This document shows, piece by piece, positions 1 to 8,805 of a stretch of DNA of 64,000 bases. Numbering within the stretch: the first letter of the stretch is position 1; every line of letters begins with the position of its first letter. The notes below the pieces were generated by a model. The model had not been told where the DNA came from, did no database searches, and was given only the letters and a program-made list of their open reading frames with translations. The DNA is from a virus. The stretch is taken from the IMG/VR virus record IMGVR_UViG_3300027969_000001, positions 94,715 to 158,714 of that record. One strand, 5' to 3'. Both the position numbers and the translations under genes were made by a program.

Positions 1-303
1 TGGCTTGTTAATCTTTAAAGGTTTCTCAGTAAGAAAACTTTTAGCAGAAGAAAGAGTATCGTCTCCTGGCATTAAGTCAGACACATGTAGTCCAACAGAC
101 GCACATATTGCTTCTACGTCACAAGATTGACCACGATGGCAAGTGACCAGTACTCGTCCATCATCCCCTTGCCCAACGGAGAGTGAAGGGTTTGAGTCGT
201 CGTTTCTGCACGGGCATCTAGCCTGCCAGCCTGAACCAGTCTTGCGAACACCCTCAAGCCGCTGTAAAAAATTTTCTGTTATCTGAGATGCGATTACTGA
301 CAT
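1..303 (-). CDS. DNA primase(-helicase) N-terminal zinc-binding domain, partial (runs off window start)
   Basis: Manual translation from ATG at 303: MSVIASQITENFLQRLEGVRKTGSGWQARCPCRNDDSNPSLSVGQGDDGRVLVTCHRGQSCD..., typical of the Zn-binding domain of phage primases; open to base 1, not in the ORF track. Confidence 0.75.
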   Translation of the reverse strand, partial: MSVIASQITENFLQRLEGVRKTGSGWQARCPCRNDDSNPSLSVGQGDDGRVLVTCHRGQSCDVEAICASVGLHVSDLMPGDDTLSSAKSFLTEKPLKINKP

Positions 304-321
304 TTAGCAGGCCTGTCGTGG

Positions 322-651
322 TTAGTTTGGCAAAAGAATGTTGATTGGTTCTCGCGGTACTACGAAAATATTTAAGCGCCGACGCATTGTTTGTCTTTCA
401 CGTTCAGTCATCCCGCCCCATATCCCGAAGTGCTCATGATACAGGCCGTATGAAAGACATTCTTCCTTAACGTGACAGTCGGAACATATTTGTAAAGCAA
501 TACCGGTATTCATTCTGGCTTTTCTGTAGTTATCAGAAAAATTTCCTGGCTGAGTTTTATCAGCGTGTGGATACCAGATGTTTGGGTTAAGACCTTTGCA
601 ATCACCATCTCTTGGTGGTGTGTCAACTCTTTGCATCTTTTCCCCGTTCAA
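322..651 (-). CDS. whiB: WhiB family Fe-S transcriptional regulator
   Basis: Four Cys (C...CxxC...C) followed by FGIWGGMTERER, the WhiB signature. Confidence 0.93.
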   Translation of the reverse strand: MNGEKMQRVDTPPRDGDCKGLNPNIWYPHADKTQPGNFSDNYRKARMNTGIALQICSDCHVKEECLSYGLYHEHFGIWGGMTERERQTMRRRLNIFVVPREPINILLPN

Positions 652-668
652 GTAGTTAACGAAGAATA

Positions 669-1079
669 CTATCTTGCGTCAGACAGTCTTGCTACGTCGA
701 TTGAAGAAAGATATATCGTTGCGCTGCGTATAACAAGTTGACCATCAATGTCTTGAGCTTTTATGTCTACGGCGTCTTGTGATATGTTGAACTTTGCTGC
801 TATAGAAGCACGTGTTTGTTCTATGTGTAATTCTTCGTCAATCAATGTTGATTCGTAATATCTAGGAATCTTTGTATTTGCTAAAGCTTTTAACTCTGTG
901 TCTTTTTCGCTTGCGCGTAGGCACCATGCACAAGCTAAAACTTTTGTTGTTGCTGCTCTTTTACGAGACTCAACATGACCGCAAGAAAGTCTATGAAGAT
1001 AAACAAAATGACCCCATCTGCCGGTCTTCGATATTTCAATTATCTCCCTACGGGGAGCACGTCTGTGGTCGGTGGTCAT
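669..1079 (-). CDS. hypothetical protein with Zn-ribbon-like motif
   Basis: 136-aa ORF, HRLSCGH...CAWC; TATTGT -10 box 6 nt before ATG. Confidence 0.6.
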   Translation of the reverse strand: MTTDHRRAPRREIIEISKTGRWGHFVYLHRLSCGHVESRKRAATTKVLACAWCLRASEKDTELKALANTKIPRYYESTLIDEELHIEQTRASIAAKFNISQDAVDIKAQDIDGQLVIRSATIYLSSIDVARLSDAR

Positions 1080-1108
1080 TTAACCACAATACATCAATAA
1101 GTCAATGC

Positions 1109-1447
1109 TTATTTGAGGCGAAGAATCTTACGAATCCAGCTTTTCTTCTTTTTTACTTCAGAAGCAAATGTGACGTTAATTTTCTCAACTACATCGTCAA
1201 CCTCGTCAAAAAAGATTCGAACTACTTCTTCTTTAACAGGGTCTGCCAAAGTAATTAATTCGTCGTCAAACTCAACAGCAATCGCTGTGGCTGATTTCTT
1301 TTTAGGAGCGGTCTTAGCAGCGGCAGCTTTTTTCGCCGGAGCTGGTTTAGGGGAACTCTTTTTTGGAGCAGCCTTTTTTGAAGTTGTTGCCTTTTTGGCG
1401 ACCTGCTTCTTTGGGGATGTTTTCTGTGTGGTTTTTTTCTGAGCCAT
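1109..1447 (-). CDS. Lys/Ala-rich histone-like DNA-binding protein
   Basis: AKK/PKK-rich N-half (PKKQVAKKATTSKKAAPKKSSPKPAPAKKAAAAK); start placed at ATG 1447 with TAGAGT -10 box 7 nt upstream. Confidence 0.6.
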   Translation of the reverse strand: MAQKKTTQKTSPKKQVAKKATTSKKAAPKKSSPKPAPAKKAAAAKTAPKKKSATAIAVEFDDELITLADPVKEEVVRIFFDEVDDVVEKINVTFASEVKKKKSWIRKILRLK

Positions 1448-1536
1448 GGGGAATACTCTAATACACCGGTATGTCGTCATGGCGGAACCAATAACTCTTT
1501 ACGGCCTGAAGTGCATGCATTGCTTAGTATCTAGGG

Positions 1537-2169
1537 ATGGAAGAGCATGTAAATGATATTAGTAAAATGGCACTTGCTCTCACCTCTGCCCAAATGGCAA
1601 AGGATTTGGCAATTTCTGAATTTGGTCTGGGCGAAGACGTTTCTATGCACTTTATGTCCTGGGACGACTCGTATTTAAGGGCTATTTGTCAAATGGGCGA
1701 GGCCCTGTCCAAGAAAAGCCCTGAAGAACGATTTATTCAAGCCAGAAGTCTTTGTTTAATTCTACGCAAATACTGGTGGTCAACGGCCATTACTATGGTT
1801 TCTGAAGGGTACTGCTCGCTAGATAACGAGAAAACCAAGGGAATGGACCTCTCTGTGGCTTTTGCCGACGCCGCACTGCCTGTATACGAATGCATAACCG
1901 TCAGTCATGTTGGCTCAGACGAGGATGGCAACGTACTGCCGATATCCATGGTTGCAGCCCCTTACAAGGTTGGTCTTGGGAGGAAGGTCACGTGGAACGA
2001 AGTTCTCGTATATCCAGAAATAGCCGAGAACTACATAAAACAGACAAAATACCCAACAATGCTTAAAAACGTCATGTTTGAAGACGTGGAGGAAGTGGCT
2101 AATCCGGCTGTACTGACTGACATGAGGCAGGAAATCGCATCCCTAGGTTTCCTTATGCAAGAATTTTAA
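1537..2169 (+). CDS. hypothetical protein
   Basis: 210-aa ORF; TAGTAT 6 nt upstream of ATG. Confidence 0.65.
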   Translation: MEEHVNDISKMALALTSAQMAKDLAISEFGLGEDVSMHFMSWDDSYLRAICQMGEALSKKSPEERFIQARSLCLILRKYWWSTAITMVSEGYCSLDNEKTKGMDLSVAFADAALPVYECITVSHVGSDEDGNVLPISMVAAPYKVGLGRKVTWNEVLVYPEIAENYIKQTKYPTMLKNVMFEDVEEVANPAVLTDMRQEIASLGFLMQEF

Positions 2170-2183
2170 ATATACACTTAATT

Positions 2184-2513
2184 ATGAGCGCATTTTATAA
2201 TACTGAATCATTTCAGGAAGACCATCTTTTCAGGAATTCTTCCGATGGAATAAGAATTACAAGAGCGGATAGGTCCCCGTGTCCGGTGTGTGGGCATCCA
2301 ACCGGAGACTGTGTTGGGGACAGCGGACCGCCAACAATAATATTCGGATACGACACGCATTCAACGCTTGATGATAAAACAACGTTCTTAATTACTGAAG
2401 ACATTTTTGACGAAGTTGAGATAGCTCCAGGAATAAAAACGCGACTACTTATCCACAGGAAGGGAAAAACAATTCCTTTTGAAAAAGCCGTAGAGCTAGG
2501 TCTCGTAGATTAA
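2184..2513 (+). CDS. hypothetical protein with CPVCGH..C motif
   Basis: 109-aa ORF filling the gap before nrdJ. Confidence 0.6.
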   Translation: MSAFYNTESFQEDHLFRNSSDGIRITRADRSPCPVCGHPTGDCVGDSGPPTIIFGYDTHSTLDDKTTFLITEDIFDEVEIAPGIKTRLLIHRKGKTIPFEKAVELGLVD

Positions 2514-2609
2514 ATAATTACGTCGACGCTAGACCTTTTCATTATTCATTCCTGCGCTACACTCTATCCCTACACCTCATCAACGATGAACTAGACGATA
2601 GGAATTAAG

Positions 2610-4535
2610 ATGCCATTTATTGACGACGCTTTCGTTAATGCTTACGCAGTAAAGCAAGCCCCATGGGGCTTTAACGGTATGGGGGAGATTGTTTTTCTTC
2701 GTACATATAGTCGCAAGAAAGATAACGGGAACATTGAAACATGGCCTGAAACAATTCAGAGAGTAATCAATGGCGCTCTTGAAATAGGTGTTCCGTATAC
2801 GCAGGAACAAGCAGAAGAACTGTTTGACCATATGTTTAATTTACGTTGCTCCATGAGTGGTCGCGCGCTATGGCAACTCGGTACGCCAATGGTTTCTAAG
2901 TTTGGTGGAGCTTCACTCAATAACTGCTACTTCACTAATATTGAAAAAGTTGAAGACTTCGAACTTCTTTTCGACTACTTAATGCTTGGCGGTGGCGTTG
3001 GCTTTTCCGTTGAACGCTCCAAGATTCACGACTTGCCAAAAGTTAAGGGTGGCGTAGTCATTACTCAAGAACGTTCTAATGATGCTGACATCATTGTCCC
3101 AGATAGCCGTCAAGGGTGGCGTAGACTTTTGCACAGTGTTCTTAAGTCGTACTTCGATACGGGGAGAAGCTTTTCTTACTCAACAATCTTGATTCGCGAA
3201 TACGGCGCTCCACTTAAAGCTTTCGGTGGTACGGCAAGCGGTCCTGGTGCGCTGATTGACGGTATTGCTGATATTTGCAAAGTAATGGATAACCGTGTAG
3301 GAAAGAAGCTTAGGTCTGTAGATGTTTTGGATATTTGCAACATTATTGGTCGCATTGTTGTTTCCGGCTCGTCACGTCGGTCCGCGCAAATAGCAATGGG
3401 TGACCCTGATGATGTCCTTTTTCTTCGTGCAAAGAATTGGTCATCAGGAAGTGTTCCTGCATGGAGAGCAAACAGCAACAACTCGCTCTATGCGGATGGT
3501 TACGATGAACTGAGCACTGAACTGTGGAAGGGCTACGACGGTTCTGGAGAGCCTTACGGCTTGGTGAACAGAAAGCTCGCCCGTACCTATGGTCGCCTTG
3601 GCGAGCGCCGTGTCGATAATTCTATTGAGGGTTTTAATCCATGTGCAGAGATTGCTCTTGCTGACGGAGAGTCGTGCAACCTTGCAACAATATTCTTGCC
3701 CAATATTGAATCGTTGGCGCAGTTCTTGTCAATATCAAAACTTCTCTACATGGCACAGAAGCAGATAACGCGTCTTGCTTACCCATACGAGAAGACCACG
3801 AATATTGTGCGTCAGAATGCTCGTCTTGGACAGAGCGTAACTGGAGTTCTTCAGTCAACAGAAAAACAAGTTTCTTGGTTGTCTCAGGCATATGAACACC
3901 TTCGTCAGTTTGACGCTGAGTATTCAGCCGAGCACGGATTCCCGCAGTCCATCAGAATGACCACCGTACAGCCCTCTGGGACGCTCTCCCTGCTGCCTGG
4001 AGTAACGCCGGGCATACATCCGGCATTCGCCCCTTATTATGTCCGTAGAGTGCGTTTTGGCTCCAATGACCCGCTTATTGACGCCTGCCGCAAGCGTGGC
4101 TACAAGGTTCAGTGGGATATCGGTTTGGACGGTCGCGAAGACCACACCAGACAGGTCATCGACTTCCCATGCATGTCACCAGAAGGCTCAATTTTGGCCA
4201 AGGACATGACCGCAGTTGAACAGCTTGAATGGGTGAAAAAGATGCAGACAGATTGGGCAGACAATGCCGTATCTGTAACCGTCTATTACCGTAAGGAAGA
4301 GCTGGAAGAAATCAAGACATGGTTGTCAAAGAATTACGACAAGAGCGTTAAGTCAGTTTCATTCTTGCTTCACTCGGACCATAACTTCGTACTCCCTCCA
4401 TACGAGGAAATAACAAAAGAAGCGTACGAGAAGCTTGTAGCAAAGATTGACTTCACTATTCCTTTGGTTCAAAATAGTTTTGAAGGAACCGTAGACCTTG
4501 AAGATTGTGCAACTGGTGCTTGTCCGATAAAGTAG
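2610..4535 (+). CDS. nrdJ: class II (adenosylcobalamin-dependent) ribonucleotide reductase
   Basis: RTYSR N-terminus, SLNNCY, GGGVGFS, NPCAE...ESCNL active site, TTVQPSGT, C-terminal CATGACPIK redox pair; no beta-subunit gene adjacent. Confidence 0.92.
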   Translation: MPFIDDAFVNAYAVKQAPWGFNGMGEIVFLRTYSRKKDNGNIETWPETIQRVINGALEIGVPYTQEQAEELFDHMFNLRCSMSGRALWQLGTPMVSKFGGASLNNCYFTNIEKVEDFELLFDYLMLGGGVGFSVERSKIHDLPKVKGGVVITQERSNDADIIVPDSRQGWRRLLHSVLKSYFDTGRSFSYSTILIREYGAPLKAFGGTASGPGALIDGIADICKVMDNRVGKKLRSVDVLDICNIIGRIVVSGSSRRSAQIAMGDPDDVLFLRAKNWSSGSVPAWRANSNNSLYADGYDELSTELWKGYDGSGEPYGLVNRKLARTYGRLGERRVDNSIEGFNPCAEIALADGESCNLATIFLPNIESLAQFLSISKLLYMAQKQITRLAYPYEKTTNIVRQNARLGQSVTGVLQSTEKQVSWLSQAYEHLRQFDAEYSAEHGFPQSIRMTTVQPSGTLSLLPGVTPGIHPAFAPYYVRRVRFGSNDPLIDACRKRGYKVQWDIGLDGREDHTRQVIDFPCMSPEGSILAKDMTAVEQLEWVKKMQTDWADNAVSVTVYYRKEELEEIKTWLSKNYDKSVKSVSFLLHSDHNFVLPPYEEITKEAYEKLVAKIDFTIPLVQNSFEGTVDLEDCATGACPIK

Positions 4536-4539
4536 TGGC

Positions 4540-5169
4540 ATGGCAGGAAGAAAACCAATCCCAGAAGAAGAACGTTTTTGGGAGAAAGTAGATAAATCCG
4601 GACCTAATCCAGATTTTCCGGATTGCTGGGAATGGACTGCGAACAGGGTGAAAACATATGGTATGTTTTCGTGCAAGCGAAATGGAATAAATAAAAAAGT
4701 CCAAACGCATAAATACATTTGGGAAAAACTAAATGGCACTGTTCCTGAGGGGTTGGAAGTTTGCCATCTTTGCAATAACCCACCATGCGTTCGCCCTGAC
4801 CATCTTGAGGTTGGAACTCGCTCCCATAATCAACGTTATTCAGTTGTGCACGGGAACCATAAGGAAAGCAGAAAAACACACTGCAAACACGGGCATCTCT
4901 ACGATGAAGAAAACACAATTCACAAAATCAGTAAACGTACCGGTTTTTACACACGAGATTGTAAGGCTTGCCACAAGAGGTGGAAGAAAGAGCGCTTTGC
5001 GCGCAGGCGTGAGGAAAAGGGAATAGAGCCTAAAAAACCAAACCACTGCAGAAAAGGTCACGACTTTGGTGTTTACGGGGAAAAGTGGTACGTGAAAAAA
5101 AGCGGACGAAAGTATCGGACGTGCGCGGAGTGCATGCGAATCAGAAATGAAAAGAAAAAAAATGGCTAA
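4540..5169 (+). CDS. HNH homing endonuclease
   Basis: RFWEKVDK..CWEW, VCHLCNNPPCVRPDHL...N; two THCKxGH...CxxC Zn-ribbon repeats. Confidence 0.88.
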   Translation: MAGRKPIPEEERFWEKVDKSGPNPDFPDCWEWTANRVKTYGMFSCKRNGINKKVQTHKYIWEKLNGTVPEGLEVCHLCNNPPCVRPDHLEVGTRSHNQRYSVVHGNHKESRKTHCKHGHLYDEENTIHKISKRTGFYTRDCKACHKRWKKERFARRREEKGIEPKKPNHCRKGHDFGVYGEKWYVKKSGRKYRTCAECMRIRNEKKKNG

Positions 5170-5722
5170 GAACTTGCCGCTCATTGAAAGATTTTTCCAG
5201 AAGGTCGATAAGTCTGGTAGCGAGGCGTATCCGGATTGCTGGATTTGGAAAGGCGGAAGGACGAGCAAGGATTATGGCTCTTTCAAGTACTATCAAGACA
5301 GGCCGGCGATTGGGTCGCATGTTTCAAGTCACCTATTCCATATAGGGGAAGTACCAAAAGGAATGCTTGTCTGTCACCATTGTGATAATCCACCGTGCGT
5401 TAATCCTAAACATCTTTTTCTAGATACGAATTCAGGAAACATGAAGGATATGTTTAAAAAAGGAAGAAATGGCTCTTCTACAAAAAAACAAACTCACTGT
5501 AAAAAAGGTCATTCTTTTGAGGAGTTTGAGCCTCTTGTTTACATCAAGAAGCAGGGCAGGCAAATTGGTGAAGAATACAGAACCTGCAGGGAATGCAAGC
5601 GCATCAATGACTCAAAAAGAAGAGGGAAGAACCTTGAATACATGCGCGAGTACAATCTTAAAAATAAAGATAAATTGAACGAACAGCAGAGAAACCTGTA
5701 TCATGCTCGAAAGAGTAAATAA
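5162..5722 (+). CDS. HNH homing endonuclease
   Basis: RFFQKVDK..CWIW, VCHHCDNPPCVNPKHL...N; THCKKGH...CREC. Confidence 0.88.
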   Translation: MAKNLPLIERFFQKVDKSGSEAYPDCWIWKGGRTSKDYGSFKYYQDRPAIGSHVSSHLFHIGEVPKGMLVCHHCDNPPCVNPKHLFLDTNSGNMKDMFKKGRNGSSTKKQTHCKKGHSFEEFEPLVYIKKQGRQIGEEYRTCRECKRINDSKRRGKNLEYMREYNLKNKDKLNEQQRNLYHARKSK

Positions 5723-5730
5723 ATCATCTA

Positions 5731-5802
5731 GCCTTTATAGTTAAATGGATATAACAAGAAACTTCTAATTTCTCGTTCTAGGTTCGATTCCTAGTGGAGG
5801 CA
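5731..5802 (+). tRNA. tRNA-Arg(UCU)
   Basis: Cloverleaf: acceptor GCCTTTA/TGGAGGC, D arm GTTA/TAAC, anticodon arm AGAAA-CT TCT AA-TTTCT, T arm CTAGG-TTCGATT-CCTAG; no encoded CCA. Confidence 0.9.
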
Positions 5803-5812
5803 CGTAATGTGG

Positions 5813-5821
5813 TGCTAGAAT
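5813..5821 (+). promoter_or_regulatory. extended -10 promoter element (TGcTAGAAT)
   Basis: TGn-TAGAAT between the two tRNAs, 7 nt before a structured element. Confidence 0.45.
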
Positions 5822-5828
5822 GCTCCAC

Positions 5829-5880
5829 ACGGGGGACTGCGTGTATAACGCGTCTTAAACGACACTGTGGTGTGCCCTGT
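5829..5880 (+). ncRNA. candidate small structured RNA in the tRNA cluster
   Basis: Closing stem ACGGGG/CCCTGT enclosing hairpins GCGT-GTATA-ACGC, GTC-TTAAAC-GAC and ACAC-TGTG-GTGT (the last two overlap). Confidence 0.3.
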
Positions 5881-5884
5881 TATT

Positions 5885-5961
5885 TGGCAAGTAGCTCAGT
5901 TTGGCAGAGCAAGGGACTGTTAATCCCTGGGTCGTAGGTTCGAGCCCTACCTTGCCAGCCA
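5885..5961 (+). tRNA. tRNA-Asn(GUU)
   Basis: Acceptor TGGCAAG/CTTGCCA, D arm GCTC/GAGC, anticodon arm AGGGA-CT GTT AA-TCCCT, T arm GTAGG-TTCGAGC-CCTAC, discriminator G plus encoded CCA. Confidence 0.95.
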
Positions 5962-5986
5962 GCACAAAAGAGAGGCAGTAACGTCA

Positions 5987-6352
5987 ATGAGAGAAATAGG
6001 AAAAGATGAGTCGTTTTCTCACATCCTTGAGCGGTTTAGTGAAGAAAATACTTGGGTACATATCGACTGTTTCCCAGGCTGGGCTGGATTAATTTTGGAC
6101 ACCGATGCGCAATTGGCCAAGATTGACCCAGACTATAAGGTTTTGCAGATAAAACAAAAGTTTGGTCGTCTTCGCTATTACTTTAAGCCATCAAAAGATT
6201 CACTGCTTCCTAAAATGAATAGAGTTACAGTGAAGGCTGAGTCGATTTCAGGTGGCGTATGTGAGATTTGTGGAGCACGTGGGCAGGTCCAAAATCTTGG
6301 TGGTTCTTTATTTGTTCAGGCTTTGTGCATGAAACACAAGTTCGGTTATTAA
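5987..6352 (+). CDS. conserved phage hypothetical protein
   Basis: GW...QIKQKFGRLRYY...CEICG...LC pattern common in phage proteins; GAGG RBS. Confidence 0.7.
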   Translation: MREIGKDESFSHILERFSEENTWVHIDCFPGWAGLILDTDAQLAKIDPDYKVLQIKQKFGRLRYYFKPSKDSLLPKMNRVTVKAESISGGVCEICGARGQVQNLGGSLFVQALCMKHKFGY

Positions 6353-6888
6353 AATCTATTAGCTTTTTGTATGCCGAGGCTTGCGCGAAGTTGCCATGCC
6401 CATTTTTGGGATGAATCAATTCTTTCTGCAATGAAGTTTGCAACACCCTGCTCGTTCATGTCATTGGCTATTGTGAAAACTTCTTTAAGCTCCATAATGT
6501 GTTCATTAATAGCTTTAAGCAATTCGGTACTCATTTCTTGTGGTGAGTCACCTTCTGAGATATCAAACTCCTCAATGGTTTTCATCTGAGCAAATCTTGA
6601 CATATGAAATGGTGCATCATAACCAAGCTTGAGAATTAATTCAGCAGTTGGGTCTACTGCTCCAAAGAAGTCTTCATAGATGTTTGCATATAGCTCATGA
6701 TATTGCGGGAAGTCTGGTCCTTTTACGTTCCAGTGAATACCATGCGTCTCGTGGTACAGGGTAAAAGTATTAGCCAAAAGTACCCCTAGCGCCGCAATCA
6801 ATGGGTTAGCCCCAGTTGTGCGCTTGTTGTCTTGTATCTTGTCTTGAATCATTTGCAGTTCTTCGTAGAGATTATCTTCAGCAGCCAT
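6349..6888 (-). CDS. dps: Dps/ferritin-like protein
   Basis: HGIHWNVKGPDFPQYHELY...D.TAE...KWAWQLRA Dps signature. Confidence 0.88.
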   Translation of the reverse strand: MAAEDNLYEELQMIQDKIQDNKRTTGANPLIAALGVLLANTFTLYHETHGIHWNVKGPDFPQYHELYANIYEDFFGAVDPTAELILKLGYDAPFHMSRFAQMKTIEEFDISEGDSPQEMSTELLKAINEHIMELKEVFTIANDMNEQGVANFIAERIDSSQKWAWQLRASLGIQKANRF

Positions 6889-6893
6889 GGCTA

Positions 6894-7358
6894 TTATTTT
6901 CCTTCTTTTTCTTTACCGTCAGTGAGTGTTGGTCCACCAACAACCCATGCATCACATGTTCTTTCAGAGTGGCACTTAAAGTCAAATGCTTCACAGTATC
7001 CAATTTTACCAGCATCGATAATGTCCCATGCGGCACCTGATTCATTTCCAAGTGCGCTATCAATACATTCAAGTATTCTTGGTGAGCGAACAAATAGAAT
7101 GCAGTTCCCACAAAGAGACTTTTTAGCATCTTCTTCAGATACTGACCATCTCTTTGCTTTCTTTGGCCAGAATGCAGCATCAGGTTCTTTTGGATTCATC
7201 GGTCCGTAAGCTGCTGTGTCTATGGCATTTTGACGGTTTTTAATATTTACGGCAATACTTTGTGTTGCTGGAGGACAATTGTTTGGGTCTGCTTTTGTTT
7301 CAAACCTAAACCCCTTAATCTCTCCGCTGTAGTTGCCCCATGTCTGTCCCGTGGTCAT
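6894..7358 (-). CDS. hypothetical protein with HiPIP-like Cys cluster
   Basis: CGNC...GYC-x12-CDAW; ATG 7358 overlaps the SNase stop. Confidence 0.6.
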   Translation of the reverse strand: MTTGQTWGNYSGEIKGFRFETKADPNNCPPATQSIAVNIKNRQNAIDTAAYGPMNPKEPDAAFWPKKAKRWSVSEEDAKKSLCGNCILFVRSPRILECIDSALGNESGAAWDIIDAGKIGYCEAFDFKCHSERTCDAWVVGGPTLTDGKEKEGK

Positions 7359-7762
7359 TTTGTTTCCTTCTTGAATTCGGTCCAAGTTTTATCGCCTATA
7401 CCAAAGTACTCGCGAGCATATCCTGATTGGATAATATCTTTATTTAAACAGGCCGTAGAAGGGTCTTCTATTTGGTCTGAAGAAAATATGCGGGCAAGAA
7501 TTCTTCCGTATTTATCATTCTTGTCTGGGATTGTGTTTACAAATACCCACTTGTGGTTTGTAAGCCAGTCTTCCGTGAAATGCTTAGCTTTGAGGCCCAT
7601 TTCTTTTTCTGCTAAATCTTTTGTTCGTGATTCAGGAGTATTAACTCCATAAAGACGAACACGTATTTTGTGATGAACGTTGAAACCAAGGTCAACCATT
7701 AACTCTATGGTGTCGCCGTCTATAACCTTAAGAAGGGTTGCTCCGTACCAGAAACGTTCCAT
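7355..7762 (-). CDS. thermonuclease (SNase family)
   Basis: VIDGDTI...RVRLYGVNTPES...DKYGRILA...GYAREY. Confidence 0.9.
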   Translation of the reverse strand: MERFWYGATLLKVIDGDTIELMVDLGFNVHHKIRVRLYGVNTPESRTKDLAEKEMGLKAKHFTEDWLTNHKWVFVNTIPDKNDKYGRILARIFSSDQIEDPSTACLNKDIIQSGYAREYFGIGDKTWTEFKKETK

Positions 7763-8775
7763 TACTTTGCTTTTCTCTTCTTTTTTATGTCTATCTGTAC
7801 TTGTTTTCTAGCCTTACCCATTCTAGTTTTAACTCCAGGCATCATGCGAATGTCTTCTACGGCAATTACTCCTGTTCTTGCTGTTTCTGCAAGTTTCTTT
7901 TTTATTTCTGCACGGCGCTTCAATAGTTCCGCGTCAACATTTTCAGTTTCATCGTCGTAGAGGTCTAGTGGTTCATCTGTTGCAATATTTTTAGCTGTAT
8001 TTTTTTCTGCAGCTACCGACTCTTCGGCGTATAGGTCCATATCGCTTGCGTCATCTATTCCGCGTAGGTCTGGGTCAATTGGTTTCTTTTTTGAAGTAAG
8101 AGCTTTTATTTCTTCATTAAAAGATAGTTCTTTTTTCTTTGTATTTGCATACTTCTCTAATAGTCTTTTGCCTTTTGCTGCAAGCGCAGCTGCATCTTCT
8201 GCGTTCTTTGGAACAGGCTCACCCCATGCAGCTGCCGAGAGGGCAAGTCTTGTTGCTCTACCTTTTTCGTCAATCATTGGACCTGATGGGTTGGTAAAAA
8301 ATCTTGTTAGGAACGAGCCTTTTCGACGCATTTTCTGTGGAGTATTGGCTGGCCCTTTTACTCCTGGCTTGAGGTTCGCGCCTTCTTTGTTTTTAAAGTA
8401 TTTTCTGCCGGCTGCGGTAAGCCCACCCTTCGGGTCGTGAAGTTGTTCAGCGCTTTTGCCTTCTACAGGGATGCAGTTAGGGACCATTTTCCCGCCCTTG
8501 CCTTTTTTCATCCCAAGCTGAACATATCCAGCCCAACATGGGTTGGCTGCTTTAAGCTCGAAAGAATTAACTACTGCCGAACCATAGAACTCATCAAAAA
8601 TTGGCATAAAGTCATCATGCTTTAACTCGACCATTGACTCTTCGACTATTTTGTTAAATTCAGTATCAGCGTCTATACGCTCAGATATGCGTAGAAGTTC
8701 ATCAAACATGTCTTCTTCTGTTGGGTTTAGCTCATTTTGCATACTCGTCCAGTCTTTCACACCCATCTGGGCCAA
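7762..8775 (-). CDS. putative head-associated protein, mosaic of short phage motifs
   Basis: PCWAGY..GMKKGKGGKMVPNCIP motif and DPKGGLTAAGRKYF...RRKGSFLTRF...RLALSAAAWG block (DUF6321-like by recall); TACAGT 6 nt before TTG start. Confidence 0.6.
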   Translation of the reverse strand: MAQMGVKDWTSMQNELNPTEEDMFDELLRISERIDADTEFNKIVEESMVELKHDDFMPIFDEFYGSAVVNSFELKAANPCWAGYVQLGMKKGKGGKMVPNCIPVEGKSAEQLHDPKGGLTAAGRKYFKNKEGANLKPGVKGPANTPQKMRRKGSFLTRFFTNPSGPMIDEKGRATRLALSAAAWGEPVPKNAEDAAALAAKGKRLLEKYANTKKKELSFNEEIKALTSKKKPIDPDLRGIDDASDMDLYAEESVAAEKNTAKNIATDEPLDLYDDETENVDAELLKRRAEIKKKLAETARTGVIAVEDIRMMPGVKTRMGKARKQVQIDIKKKRKAK

Positions 8776-8805
8776 TTGGGAACTGTAGTCCTTTATTATC
8801 CCACA

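Noticed and set aside
2610-4535. Intron or intein in nrdJ (and in terL) linked to the HNH genes
   Set aside because: Both genes are uninterrupted and of normal length with intact C-termini; the HNH genes are free-standing.
5803-5884. Third tRNA or HDV-like (theta) ribozyme between the tRNAs
   Set aside because: No TTCGA T-loop or 7-nt anticodon loop, and I could not fit the nested double pseudoknot; kept only as a generic ncRNA candidate.
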